A stretch of 64,000 nucleotides of DNA, taken from assembly GCA_051546255.1 (NCBI GenBank), contig CP128815.1:1178001-1242000 (forward strand). The letters run 5' to 3'. Source of the DNA: Meyerozyma guilliermondii. Lineage: Eukaryota. A program made the translations under genes and the position numbers. Shown here piece after piece: positions 54,078 through 64,000 of this stretch (position 1 is its first letter; each line of letters opens with the position of its first letter). Below the pieces are notes generated by a model. That model did no database searches. It had not been told where the DNA came from and saw only the letters and a program-made list of their open reading frames with translations.

Positions 54078-54312
54078 TCCTCGAGAGTAAGCTGAGACCG
54101 TTCTGAAGAGGTAAGAAAAATCCACAAGATGTACTCGAATAAACGAAACACCGGGTTGCAAGAAGGTGATTATTAATTTTGATTTTCTGTCAGTTGAACC
54201 TTCCGATTTATATGCAGAATTATGAGATTAGTCTATACGCAGGCAGCAGCACTATTCTATACTCTACCTTGTAGCTACAATGGTCACGATAAGCCTTTAA
54301 TATTTAAAATCC

Positions 54313-57300
54313 TCACTTAGTTCTCCTCAACGTGCTAAAGTGCCGACTGAGCTTTTTGCTACTGGGACTGCGTCCCAATTGCGCACTACTGGTCAGACTG
54401 CTTCGTGGGAAAGCATGCCGGTCTTCAGTTTCAAATAATGGACCAGAAGCTGGTGGTGTTGCTGGGCCATCTTTGTCTTCTGTATCTTCCGTGTCAAAGG
54501 AAAGCTCGTTCACGTTACGGTGAATCAAGTACCGCAATGCATTATACCAGATATTATGTCTCTTTCTCGTAGGACATGTAATTTTGATAGACCTGTCTTG
54601 AGAACGGACGATAATACTCTTGTGGTATAACCCGGTAGGTAATGGATTGTTATCCTCAACACTTTCGACACCAACTATAGCAGCAGCCCTGGTTTTCACA
54701 TCGGCTGGGTTGCCTAAAACAGGGTTAGAGGTGGACCAGTAAAGTGTCAACGTATATGGGTGAACCCAGAAGTACCTCTCATGCCTGGTCTCTGAAATTG
54801 CACTCAAGCCTCCCAAACGACGGTAGTACTTGAAAAGGTACTCACCTATAACAACCTGGGTAATAGCTGGAATCATGCTGGTGTCGGTAAGTGACACATT
54901 GGTGGCCATCGAAAAGATGTCTGCGGTTTGCAATGATGCATTGATACTCCGGGGCATCGATTGTAAAGATAAGTTGGACCGCATGGAGTGTGAGGTGGAA
55001 AGCGCTGGTGAATACCGACGTTGTTTGTCGGAAAACCTACTTGTTGCTGGAGGAGTGAAGACATCGGGAGATGGATGTGCAACGGTAGATAATTCGTCAA
55101 TAGCACCCATGGTAGGTGGAGGTGTCGAAACGTCAGGTGTACGCATGTATCCTCTCTCTATAGCATGTTTTTCAAAGACTTCATCGCCAACATTGTTCAT
55201 GTTGTCCGCCTTATTGCTGGTCAACTTTTTGAAGTAAGTTGTTGGAATGACAGTCACATTTTCCACGTCTGGTTCTTGTTCTACACTCAATGAAATGTAG
55301 GAACTTCTGGGGACGAGCAAAAAGCCACGTTGCTTTGCTATTCTCTTTAAGTCCTCTTCGTCCAAAGTTTCTTCAATTGTGTCCAATGACAGCGAAGAGC
55401 CTCTTCTTGTAATCGGTGCCATAGAGCGTGGAGTCTCTGATTTGACGGCTTCATTAGCTTTCACCAAAGTATATCCAAGGGCTTCGGCACTAAGTTGTAG
55501 TTCTTCTTCGCTCAAAACAAACGATGTTTCTGCGTCAGCGAAGGTCTCCGTACTATCTTGAGACTTCGACGCATATGAACCAGCAGATTTACTCTCGAGC
55601 CATGAACTCAAGTGTTCAATATCTGCTGGTGTAGGGTCGTCTTCATGAACAACGATATATCCGTTTTCTTTTGCTGTCTTCATTATCCTTTCAACATCCA
55701 CTTCTTTTGCTTCCTCTGCTGTAATCACGGAATAACCTCGTTTCTCTAAAATATCTTTCAACTCGTCTGAGTTGTCAACAAGTTTGGAAAGGTGTTCAAG
55801 GTCGCTCGATCTACTCAATAAAGTCTCATACTCAGACCCAGCCAAGGCAACAAATCCTGCTTCTTTTGCCTTCTCTTCAATAGTTCGGTTGGCAGCTTCT
55901 TCCAAGTTTCGTAAATTCTCTTCCGAAACGATCGTATGGCCCGAGGCACTGCTCTTTTCTTTTAAGTATGAAAGTGATGGTGTGTCGATCTTTGCTTGCA
56001 TCGCTTCCACATCGTCTCGCGTGATTATCACACAGCCTAACTCAGCTGCCTTGGCATCTAAAACAGTTCTGCCTGGGTTATTGAGAGCATCCTTAAGTGA
56101 CTCAAGCTCTTCTTCGGGAATGGTGACGTACCCGTGGCCCAGTGCGCTTTGGGAGAGGAAGTCGATACTAGGGTTCTCAATCTGATCTCTAAGATTGAAA
56201 AGTAGATGGCTTTCAATTACCGACATGCCATGTACTGCAGCCTTATCCTTGATATAGTTAATGCTTGGATCATCAATAAGGTTTCTCAAAGCTTGCAATT
56301 GGTCGGTAGGTACAACTGCCAAATCCCTCTTCGACGCCATTTCTTCAATTTCAGAATGAGTAGGGTTTGATGCACGTTCTTTCAATGATCCCAATTCAGC
56401 AGTAGGAATCATTGCAAGACCTAGCAAAGAGCCCTTTTCTTGTAAGAAGGAATGGTGTGGTTCTCGTTCAATACTGCGAAGCTCGTCGAGCTCTTTGCTT
56501 GGTACAAGAGCCAACCCTTTGGCTGTTGCTTTAGCTTCCAAAGGTTCATTGCATACAGCTAAGAGAGTGTCGTAGTCATGTTCTGGCACTGTAATAAGAC
56601 CGTTCATGCTTGCGTTTCTCTTAATCTCTTCGATGGTAGGTTTGTTGGCTTTGACAAGGAGATCGTCATATTCAGCACCGTTCAACAAAATCTTGTTGGC
56701 CCTCTCTGCCTTGATTTCCACCGATTCGTTGGCCCTCGACTTCAATTCGTCTAATGCTTCTTGTTCAATTGCAACATATCCGTGACTTGAAGCATTGTTG
56801 ATTATCAAGTCAAGAGAAGGATTTTCGATTTCCTGCTCAAGCGACTTTTTGGAAGCAACAAGCTCATCAAATTCCTCGGCTGGCACGATCACCTTGCCTT
56901 GTTTAGCCGCCTGCACGTCCAAACCTTCTTCTGCAATTTGCTTAAGGTGCAGCAACTCAGTTGTCGTAATGATGGAGAGACCATTCTTGGAAGCATGCTC
57001 AGTCAACTTCGCAACAGATGGCTCGAGTAATTCCTTGTGAGAGTCCTCGTCAAGTACCACCTTTTTGCATCTTTCAGCTTTCTCCTCGAGTGTCTCACTT
57101 TCTGCACTTCGCAAGTGTTCAAGTTCTTTGTTGTCCACTAAAGTGTAGCCTAATGGAGTGGCCTTGGCACTGAGGTGGTCCAAATCAGGCGACTCCGCTT
57201 TAGCCACCATCTGCTCATAATCCAACGAGTCTACAACTCGCTTTCCATCTCTTGCAGCTTTAGTTTCTGTACTCTCATCAGCGCGCGAACGAAGAGTATC

Positions 57301-60300
57301 TAGTTCCTTTCTTGGTAGCATACTGAATCCCAAAGCGGAAACATAAGGGCCAATAAAATCCATCGAGGGCCGCTCTCCACGCGCCTTCAACTCATTGAAT
57401 TCTTCGGCAGAAAGGAGACGCATGTTTTTCTCTTTAGCATGCTGCTCTAAGGTTTTCTCTGCCTTCTCGCGTAAGGAAGAATAATCAGTATGCGGCAAGA
57501 CGATTGCTCCTAATTTCTCAGCCTTTGACTCTATTGGCTCGTCCGCAGCAGCTTTTAAGGACAAGAGTTCACTAACCCCAATCATATTCATGCTGTGGGT
57601 TTCCGCGTGCTTCTTTAATTCGTCGATTGACGGTTGCTTCAATCTCTTCCGCATATCCTCCAATTCCGTGACACTCATTAGCTCAAAATTCAATTCAGAT
57701 GCCTTTTCCTTCAAATAGGTAATCTCAGGGTGCTCTAAAGAGTTCGTGAGCTCAGAGTACTGCTTCTCTGGAATCAAGAGACAGCCCCCCTTCTTCGCCC
57801 TACTCTCCAATGGTTCCTTTGCAATCGAGCGAATGTCATTTAACAGGTCAATTGGGATAATTGAATGACCGTGCTTTTCGGCCATCAGTGATACGACCTC
57901 AAGGCTGGGCTCGTTCGCTGTTTTCAAGAGTTGGTCATATTCCGCAGAATCTAACAAGGTTTTGTTTAAGGACGCTGCCCGGTGCTCGAGTGGTTCTTTT
58001 TTCGCTTCTACCAACTCACTGTATTCCACGGAATCAATGATCACCTTACCACTTGCATCAGCTTTCTCGCTAAGATAAGAAAGGGGAGGATCTTCATGGT
58101 TCTTGACAAGCTCAGACCATTCTTTGGCCTGCACTAGTTCATACCCCATATTTGCTGCGTGTTTCTTAAGTTCTTCACTAGTAGGATCACTCACTTTTCT
58201 CTTTAAAGACTCGTACTCCTCGTTACCAATCGCGATCAAGCCAAGCTCCGAGCTGAGTTGATCGATCGACCTTCCTGCCTTTTCACGAAGCTCATCGCAT
58301 TCCTTCTTGTCGATAAGACAAAGATTGTAGGACTCTGCTTTGTCTGCCAAATACAGCTCAGATGGATTTTCAATTGACTTCGTCAAGTCTTTTGCCTCGC
58401 TTTGAAGCTGTGCTAGCTTAATAGCATTAGCCTCAGTTCTTTCTCTCTCGATTGTAAGGGATTCTTCGCTTGAAAGTAAGAGTGACTTATAGTTTGCAAT
58501 GTCGTCGTTGAGTCCCTCTATTGTCTCCTTCTGCTCTGTCAATTTCGCTGCAGACATTGAATTGTCTTCCTTGAGTTTGGTTAACATGTCAGGCTGTATC
58601 AATTGTAATCCTGCTTCACTCGTCCTTTCCTCTAACAGCTTATTTGCTTTCTTATTAAGCTCATCGTGTTCTTGAAGCGTAATTGCCATGTAGCCCAAAC
58701 TATCCAATTTCTCTACCAACAAAGATAAGGTTGGCCTTTCCACCTCGTCTCTAAGCTTGGCGTACGTTCCCAGAGAAAGAACAGTCATATTGGATTCCTT
58801 AGCAAGCTCTTCGATAGATTTGTTCGCCCTAGCTGCCAACTTCTCGTGATCATTCTTGGAGATAAGTAAATGGTTGTGAGATTCGGCTCCTGATTTGATA
58901 TGCTCGATACCTGGATTCTTAGCCAAGGTTTCTAGAGCCAGGAACTCATCGCTAGTCATAACTTTGAGATCCATCAATCTGCCATTCTCTCTAATAAACT
59001 CTTCAGATGGGGTGTCAAGACTCTTCACCATTTCGTCGTACTTTGTTTGGTCAACCAATTTGAAATCATTCTTCTCCGCCTGAGCAGTCAAGAATGAAGA
59101 AGATGGGTTCGATGAAGTCAACTTGAGCGTTCTGTATTCATCAGAATCAACCAACACGCAGTCAAATTTCTTAGCTCTGCTTTCTAAGGTCAGTCTCGAG
59201 GGGTTTGCTAGCGACTCGTATGCGGTTCCCTCTATAACCTTACAGCCTAGAACCTCAGCTTTCTTAGTTAACTCTTCTGTTGTTGGGCTCTCTGCTTTCC
59301 TCTTGAGTTGTTGATAATCATCATTGTTAATCACGCTGCAGCCTTGCTTTTCTCCCATACTCTGCAACTGAGTTATCGATGGTTCTGTTGCTTTTTGAAC
59401 GAGCTCCTCGTGCAAAGTGAGAGGTACGACAGTGGAATTAATATGTTTTGCGGCATCCATTAATTGTTCTTGAGTTGGGTTCCGTACTTTTTCAACTAAT
59501 TTGTCGTACTCCTCAACTGGAAGCGTCTCCAATCCCAATCGTCTGGCGTCTTTTACAACCTTATCAAGGTTTGGTGAGCGCAACTGCTCCTTCAATCCTT
59601 GTAATTCACTGTCATCAACAGCTACCAAGTTCAATTTGGCACATGCATCCTCCAACTGCTTTCTTGATGGAGAATTGAGTTTTTCTTGAAGTCTCTCCAA
59701 TTCCGTCCGTTCAATCAATGTATGGCCAGTTTTTTCCGCAGCAGCAGACAACTGCGTAACATCAGGATTGTGCACCCTTTCAAGAAGCTTCTGATACGCC
59801 GACTTCTCCACCGTTGCGTAATCATACTTCTTCAAGTGCTCTTTAAGCTGATCGAGAGAAGGCGATCTGAGAGATTTCAATTCGTCCAACGGCAATGACG
59901 CATGATCCATCGATTTCAATTTTTCATCGATATGGTCCTTAGGTGGATCATTCGCTAAAGCGTTCAATTGCTTGTACGTTTCAGAATCCACATGAACATA
60001 CCCTCGAGCCTTCGAAAGTTTCAGCAAATGCTCAATATCGGGATTATGGGCCAATCTCTTGAGTTCTGTCAAATCGGTGGTAGGAAGGAGCTCCAACCCA
60101 AGTTTGTTTGCTTTGGTCCTCAAGAACTCCTCGGTAGGTTTTTCATTGGTCAGTTTCAAAGCTTCGAGATCCTTTGTGCTTATTCCCAGATAATGGTAGG
60201 TCGTTAACGAAGTAAGCACTCTTTCCAATGGTGGGTGATAAGCAAGATTTTCAAGCTCTTTGAGTTGCGATTTATCAACGAGTACTTTATCGAAGTGGTC

Positions 60301-63300
60301 TGCGTGCAATTTGATAGTTTCAAGTTCGGGCGATTCAACTGATTTCCTGAGCTTCGAGTATTCGGACTCGGCCAAAATGACCAGTTGATGCAATTTGGCA
60401 TAATCCCTGACCTCTTGAATTGTAGGACTCGTCACCTTTCGAGTAAGTGTCTCGTGGTCCTTATTTGGGACTAAAACGTGGCCCATTCCATCCGCCAACT
60501 CTGACACAAAGTCGATCTTTCCAATTGAATCCAGCAACTTTGTGAGCGATGCAAGCTTTTCCCTCTCAACGAGCTCGTAGCCTAACTTAGTGGCATGATT
60601 TTCCAAGTGTTTTACATCTGGCGTTTCTGCATTCCGCTTCGTGATAGAAAACTTTTCAGTATCGATTACAGAAAAGCCCTTTTCTTGAGCCTTTTCTCGA
60701 AGAAAATTAATTGATGGAGTCTTTTGAATTGCACTGAGCTCGTCAAAAATGGTAGTCGAAATAATGACATGGTCCAAAGCGGCAGCCTTCGCTTCCAAAC
60801 TCTGTAACGTTGGGTTGCTGATTTCCTCTTTCATGTCCTTCAACTCGTCAATCTCCACCATTTCATAGCCTAGCTTTCTCGATGCCTCAAGAACAAAGGT
60901 TTGCGAAGGGTTCAGTAGCTTTTCATTCAACTTTTCGATCTGAGAATCCAAGTCAGAAATATCCTCAGTCAACTTGTCATTGAGAGCTCTTAATTCGCTA
61001 TTAGAGTTCTGTAAATGATCTACCTCCTCAGACTTTGCGCGTAGATTTTCCGACTTTGAACTTAATTCCAAAAGAACAGTCTGTAGTTTGGAAGAGTCCT
61101 CGCTTAACTTCGCAAATTCCTCAATAGTAATGACAGTTTGTCCTAATTCGCTTGTCACACGTTTGATAGCTTCAATGGAAGGACTAGCGGCTGCATCTTT
61201 CAAATCTTTGATATCTTTGGTTGCAAGAGATTCATGTTCAAACTTTTGCAACTTCTCTTGGAGATGATTCAAAGTGGGGTCATTTGCCAACATGCTAATA
61301 CGCTCTAGCTCCTTTGTATCCAAAAGTGATAAGCCGAGTGCAGTGCACTTTTCCTCCAAATGAGATCTAGGTGGCTCATTGGCAAGCTTCTCAAGAGACT
61401 TCAACTCATCTACAGGTACAACCTGAAGATTCTGTTGATTCGCTTTCTCCTTAATATGCTTTATGCTTGGGTTATTGGCAAGGTTTTCGATTTCTTGGTA
61501 CGCCTTAGCCTCCACCAATTTATGGCCACTTACAGCTGCCTTATCGCGAAGATAGCTGACAGATGGTTTGTCAAGTTTCCCATTCAAGTTGGTGTGCTCC
61601 TGAAGACTCATCACCACAAGGCCCTTCTGCTTAGCGAATTGTTCAATCTCTGTAGCTGCTGGATCATTGGCCTTCTTAAACAATTTTGAATACTCTTGTT
61701 TCAGCAAGTTGACCAAACCATGTTTGTCGGCGTGATATTTTATATGACTCAAACTTGGGCTGTTTGCATCTGAAAGTAACTTTTCATGATCTTGCTTCAG
61801 AACCAAAACGTGGTCTAATGAAGAAGCCTTCGTCAGCAACGCATCTACTGTAGGAAAATTGAGCTCTGATTTCATCGTTTCGTAATCCTTCAATGTAAGC
61901 AATTTATGGTCGTTCTTGTTCGCATGACTCTCAAGGAAAGAGATTGATGGGTTTGCTTGTATGTTTTTGAGCTCATCAAGCGCTGTCTTATCAATAGTCT
62001 CCAAATTGAGTTCGGCTGCTCTTTGACGCAAGAAAGGTTCGGTTGGGTTCATAAATAACTCATGATCTTTTATGGGAAGAATTGCGAAACCAATTTTATG
62101 CGCAGCTTCCTGGATCATCTCCTTGCTTGGGTGAATCAACTTTGAGTAGTCCTCCATTTTTATTATTTTGAAGTTGAGTTTCTGGGCGTATTTTCTGACT
62201 TCTTCCTCCGTCGGCTTGGTGGTTTTCTGTGTGAGCGTCGCAACGGTCGATTTGAGGCTCTTGTAGTCAGCTTCGGGTATGAGGGTGTGATTCAATTTTG
62301 CAGCACATGATTCGAGGTGTGATAATTCCGGATTTTGCAACCTTGCAAGATCCTCATACAATTTGTTGTTGGCATCTTCGGATACCATCACGTATTTGTG
62401 TGATGCGGCTTTAGCTTCCAAATATTCTAAAGATGGCTCCATAAAAGATTGTTGATCTTTCATTAGCTTCTCGTGTTCAACTTCGGGGATCGTCACCAAC
62501 CCTCTCAGACGGAGCTTTTTGCGCATTTCGGTTTCATCGATTAATTCGTTGTACTCTTCACGGGTCAAAGTCTTAAGTCCTCTTGTGTCGGCTTCTTCTA
62601 TTAATGCTTTCTGTGAAACCGATCGTATGTCTGATGAACAGAGATCATCGTACCGTTCTTTATCTAAGAGAACCAAACCTTTGGAATCAGCGTAATTTTT
62701 CATCTCAGATTCTCTTTGAAGTGAAGATGTCTCAGTCACATCCGATTCGGAATCGGAGTCCAACTGAGGTACGTTCTCAGTGAAATTGGAAGATGCGGGT
62801 CTCTCCAGCTTCGTGGATTTTGAGGGTGAAGTCTCGTTGATTCCCGCCATGAACTCATCCCATTCATTGGGTTCAGCAGAATCTTCATCCACAACGATAA
62901 GCTTAGATTTTCTATTTGATGGTGTGATCGACTCAAAAGGATGTTCTGAGCTGTTATTAGTCGTGAGTTTGGCTGAGGGTGAAGCTTGCTTCAAAGATTT
63001 CGATTCTTCCAATTGCTTCAAGAAGGACGAGCGAAGCTTTGAAATAACCTTATGAGCATAATTGAGGTTAGCACTCAACGATTCTGCCCGGAGATTTGCG
63101 TCAACATCTTCTCTGAAAGATACAGTAGGAAGACTGAATGAATTGTCTAGAATGCTTTCGAGGCTCACATCAACATTATCTTCAGGTAATGATACTGGAA
63201 TCGTTTCCTTTGTCACCTCCTGTGACGAGGGTTCGAAACTCTTCAATTTTTTGTGTAGCTCGTCATTCTCATCGTTTAAAACATGGATCCTATTGTTGAG

Positions 63301-63912
63301 CTCTTTTCTTTCAGACTTAAATGCCAGTTTGAGGTTCAGCAATTCCTGAGTAGCCTGGAAATTCTTTACTTTCAATTCGTCATACTCCTTTTGAATTGTT
63401 TCGAGTTTTTCACTTTCGTCCTGACTCTCTTGGGTCAATTTAGCATTGGACTTGGTAAGGGTATTATTCTGTTCTTGTAGGGTAGTAACAGCAGATTCTA
63501 GCTCCCAATTCTTATCTTTTAATGCCAGCTCTTTGGAGGACAGCGACTCGTACGACGCCTTCAATCTTAACATTTGGTTCTTGACATCCTGAAGTTCTTC
63601 TGCAGCCGCCTTGGCTCTCGACTTATACTTGCGACTTTCTGCCGTGAGTCTACGGCACTCGGCCAACAAGTTTTCACTGAGTCCAACCACAAAGTTCATG
63701 TCGTTTCCTTTGGTGTCGGGACCCAAAGTTGGCGTAGCAGTTGCTATTGACGTCGATCTAGAATTGGAAGTTTTGGCAGCATTGGGATCAGTTCTTAATA
63801 TGTTTTCCTGGCTCTTCAAAGGCTCCTTCTTCGGCGCGTCAGGTTTGCGGAATAACCTCAGTTGGATATCCGACAACTGACCCCGAATGTCTTCTTTGGG
63901 GTTCCTTGACAT
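54313..63912 (-). CDS. NUM1: Cortical dynein/mitochondria anchor Num1 (3199 aa)
   Basis: N-terminal coiled coil with FVVGLSENLLAECRRL, a long array of PS..YL..KA...G repeats, and a C-terminal PH domain (IGEYLFKYYRR...RHERYFWVHPYTLTLYWS). Confidence 0.95.
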   Translation of the reverse strand: MSRNPKEDIRGQLSDIQLRLFRKPDAPKKEPLKSQENILRTDPNAAKTSNSRSTSIATATPTLGPDTKGNDMNFVVGLSENLLAECRRLTAESRKYKSRAKAAAEELQDVKNQMLRLKASYESLSSKELALKDKNWELESAVTTLQEQNNTLTKSNAKLTQESQDESEKLETIQKEYDELKVKNFQATQELLNLKLAFKSERKELNNRIHVLNDENDELHKKLKSFEPSSQEVTKETIPVSLPEDNVDVSLESILDNSFSLPTVSFREDVDANLRAESLSANLNYAHKVISKLRSSFLKQLEESKSLKQASPSAKLTTNNSSEHPFESITPSNRKSKLIVVDEDSAEPNEWDEFMAGINETSPSKSTKLERPASSNFTENVPQLDSDSESDVTETSSLQRESEMKNYADSKGLVLLDKERYDDLCSSDIRSVSQKALIEEADTRGLKTLTREEYNELIDETEMRKKLRLRGLVTIPEVEHEKLMKDQQSFMEPSLEYLEAKAASHKYVMVSEDANNKLYEDLARLQNPELSHLESCAAKLNHTLIPEADYKSLKSTVATLTQKTTKPTEEEVRKYAQKLNFKIIKMEDYSKLIHPSKEMIQEAAHKIGFAILPIKDHELFMNPTEPFLRQRAAELNLETIDKTALDELKNIQANPSISFLESHANKNDHKLLTLKDYETMKSELNFPTVDALLTKASSLDHVLVLKQDHEKLLSDANSPSLSHIKYHADKHGLVNLLKQEYSKLFKKANDPAATEIEQFAKQKGLVVMSLQEHTNLNGKLDKPSVSYLRDKAAVSGHKLVEAKAYQEIENLANNPSIKHIKEKANQQNLQVVPVDELKSLEKLANEPPRSHLEEKCTALGLSLLDTKELERISMLANDPTLNHLQEKLQKFEHESLATKDIKDLKDAAASPSIEAIKRVTSELGQTVITIEEFAKLSEDSSKLQTVLLELSSKSENLRAKSEEVDHLQNSNSELRALNDKLTEDISDLDSQIEKLNEKLLNPSQTFVLEASRKLGYEMVEIDELKDMKEEISNPTLQSLEAKAAALDHVIISTTIFDELSAIQKTPSINFLREKAQEKGFSVIDTEKFSITKRNAETPDVKHLENHATKLGYELVEREKLASLTKLLDSIGKIDFVSELADGMGHVLVPNKDHETLTRKVTSPTIQEVRDYAKLHQLVILAESEYSKLRKSVESPELETIKLHADHFDKVLVDKSQLKELENLAYHPPLERVLTSLTTYHYLGISTKDLEALKLTNEKPTEEFLRTKANKLGLELLPTTDLTELKRLAHNPDIEHLLKLSKARGYVHVDSETYKQLNALANDPPKDHIDEKLKSMDHASLPLDELKSLRSPSLDQLKEHLKKYDYATVEKSAYQKLLERVHNPDVTQLSAAAEKTGHTLIERTELERLQEKLNSPSRKQLEDACAKLNLVAVDDSELQGLKEQLRSPNLDKVVKDARRLGLETLPVEEYDKLVEKVRNPTQEQLMDAAKHINSTVVPLTLHEELVQKATEPSITQLQSMGEKQGCSVINNDDYQQLKRKAESPTTEELTKKAEVLGCKVIEGTAYESLANPSRLTLESRAKKFDCVLVDSDEYRTLKLTSSNPSSSFLTAQAEKNDFKLVDQTKYDEMVKSLDTPSEEFIRENGRLMDLKVMTSDEFLALETLAKNPGIEHIKSGAESHNHLLISKNDHEKLAARANKSIEELAKESNMTVLSLGTYAKLRDEVERPTLSLLVEKLDSLGYMAITLQEHDELNKKANKLLEERTSEAGLQLIQPDMLTKLKEDNSMSAAKLTEQKETIEGLNDDIANYKSLLLSSEESLTIERERTEANAIKLAQLQSEAKDLTKSIENPSELYLADKAESYNLCLIDKKECDELREKAGRSIDQLSSELGLIAIGNEEYESLKRKVSDPTSEELKKHAANMGYELVQAKEWSELVKNHEDPPLSYLSEKADASGKVIIDSVEYSELVEAKKEPLEHRAASLNKTLLDSAEYDQLLKTANEPSLEVVSLMAEKHGHSIIPIDLLNDIRSIAKEPLESRAKKGGCLLIPEKQYSELTNSLEHPEITYLKEKASELNFELMSVTELEDMRKRLKQPSIDELKKHAETHSMNMIGVSELLSLKAAADEPIESKAEKLGAIVLPHTDYSSLREKAEKTLEQHAKEKNMRLLSAEEFNELKARGERPSMDFIGPYVSALGFSMLPRKELDTLRSRADESTETKAARDGKRVVDSLDYEQMVAKAESPDLDHLSAKATPLGYTLVDNKELEHLRSAESETLEEKAERCKKVVLDEDSHKELLEPSVAKLTEHASKNGLSIITTTELLHLKQIAEEGLDVQAAKQGKVIVPAEEFDELVASKKSLEQEIENPSLDLIINNASSHGYVAIEQEALDELKSRANESVEIKAERANKILLNGAEYDDLLVKANKPTIEEIKRNASMNGLITVPEHDYDTLLAVCNEPLEAKATAKGLALVPSKELDELRSIEREPHHSFLQEKGSLLGLAMIPTAELGSLKERASNPTHSEIEEMASKRDLAVVPTDQLQALRNLIDDPSINYIKDKAAVHGMSVIESHLLFNLRDQIENPSIDFLSQSALGHGYVTIPEEELESLKDALNNPGRTVLDAKAAELGCVIITRDDVEAMQAKIDTPSLSYLKEKSSASGHTIVSEENLRNLEEAANRTIEEKAKEAGFVALAGSEYETLLSRSSDLEHLSKLVDNSDELKDILEKRGYSVITAEEAKEVDVERIMKTAKENGYIVVHEDDPTPADIEHLSSWLESKSAGSYASKSQDSTETFADAETSFVLSEEELQLSAEALGYTLVKANEAVKSETPRSMAPITRRGSSLSLDTIEETLDEEDLKRIAKQRGFLLVPRSSYISLSVEQEPDVENVTVIPTTYFKKLTSNKADNMNNVGDEVFEKHAIERGYMRTPDVSTPPPTMGAIDELSTVAHPSPDVFTPPATSRFSDKQRRYSPALSTSHSMRSNLSLQSMPRSINASLQTADIFSMATNVSLTDTSMIPAITQVVIGEYLFKYYRRLGGLSAISETRHERYFWVHPYTLTLYWSTSNPVLGNPADVKTRAAAIVGVESVEDNNPLPTGLYHKSIIVRSQDRSIKITCPTRKRHNIWYNALRYLIHRNVNELSFDTEDTEDKDGPATPPASGPLFETEDRHAFPRSSLTSSAQLGRSPSSKKLSRHFSTLRRTK

Positions 63913-64000
63913 GGTAGTTCAGATTCAATTAACGACTTTTTCTCCGTATGGAAAATTAGCTAATCTGAGAGTATATGAGTTATAAGCTCCAAGTTATGGA

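Noticed and set aside
55500..62720. Repeat arrays as CRISPR or mobile-element signatures
   Set aside because: The repeats are protein-level, in-frame and degenerate in a eukaryotic gene. I saw no transposase, reverse transcriptase or LTR pair in the window.

Overview
Gene-dense 64 kb of a budding-yeast chromosome (Saccharomycotina). It uses the CUG-Ser code: CTG sits at conserved Ser positions in several genes, so CTG 'L' residues in the ORF track should read S. Recognisable genes are GFA1 (split by an intron), a DUF155 protein, an ALS-like GPI adhesin, a Mep ammonium permease, an Egt2-like PLP lyase, ILV2, a Sip4-like Zn2Cys6 factor, CIN1/TBCD, MRPL33, COA2, a PPR-like mitochondrial protein, NDUFAF5, a peroxisomal-type Lon protease, an FLC carrier, BMS1, a Pho85 cyclin, an atypical RNase III, a NET1-like gene, RAD28, SES1, an SDR, a spliced CYSTM microprotein absent from the ORF track, RSA1, SLD1, SUA7 and NUM1. 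There are three tRNA genes: an intron-containing Lys(CUU) and a tandem Arg(UCU)-Phe(GAA) pair. I found no mobile element, rRNA or CRISPR array. The most unusual items are a dsRBD-less, degenerate RNase III under Gcn4/AP-1-like sites, an orphan gene with an Mcm1-Forkhead element and mitotic linear motifs, a structured GFA1 intron, the dicistronic tRNA pair, and a PPR-like gene 59 bp head-to-head with NDUFAF5. All family assignments come from recalled motifs; no database search was run.
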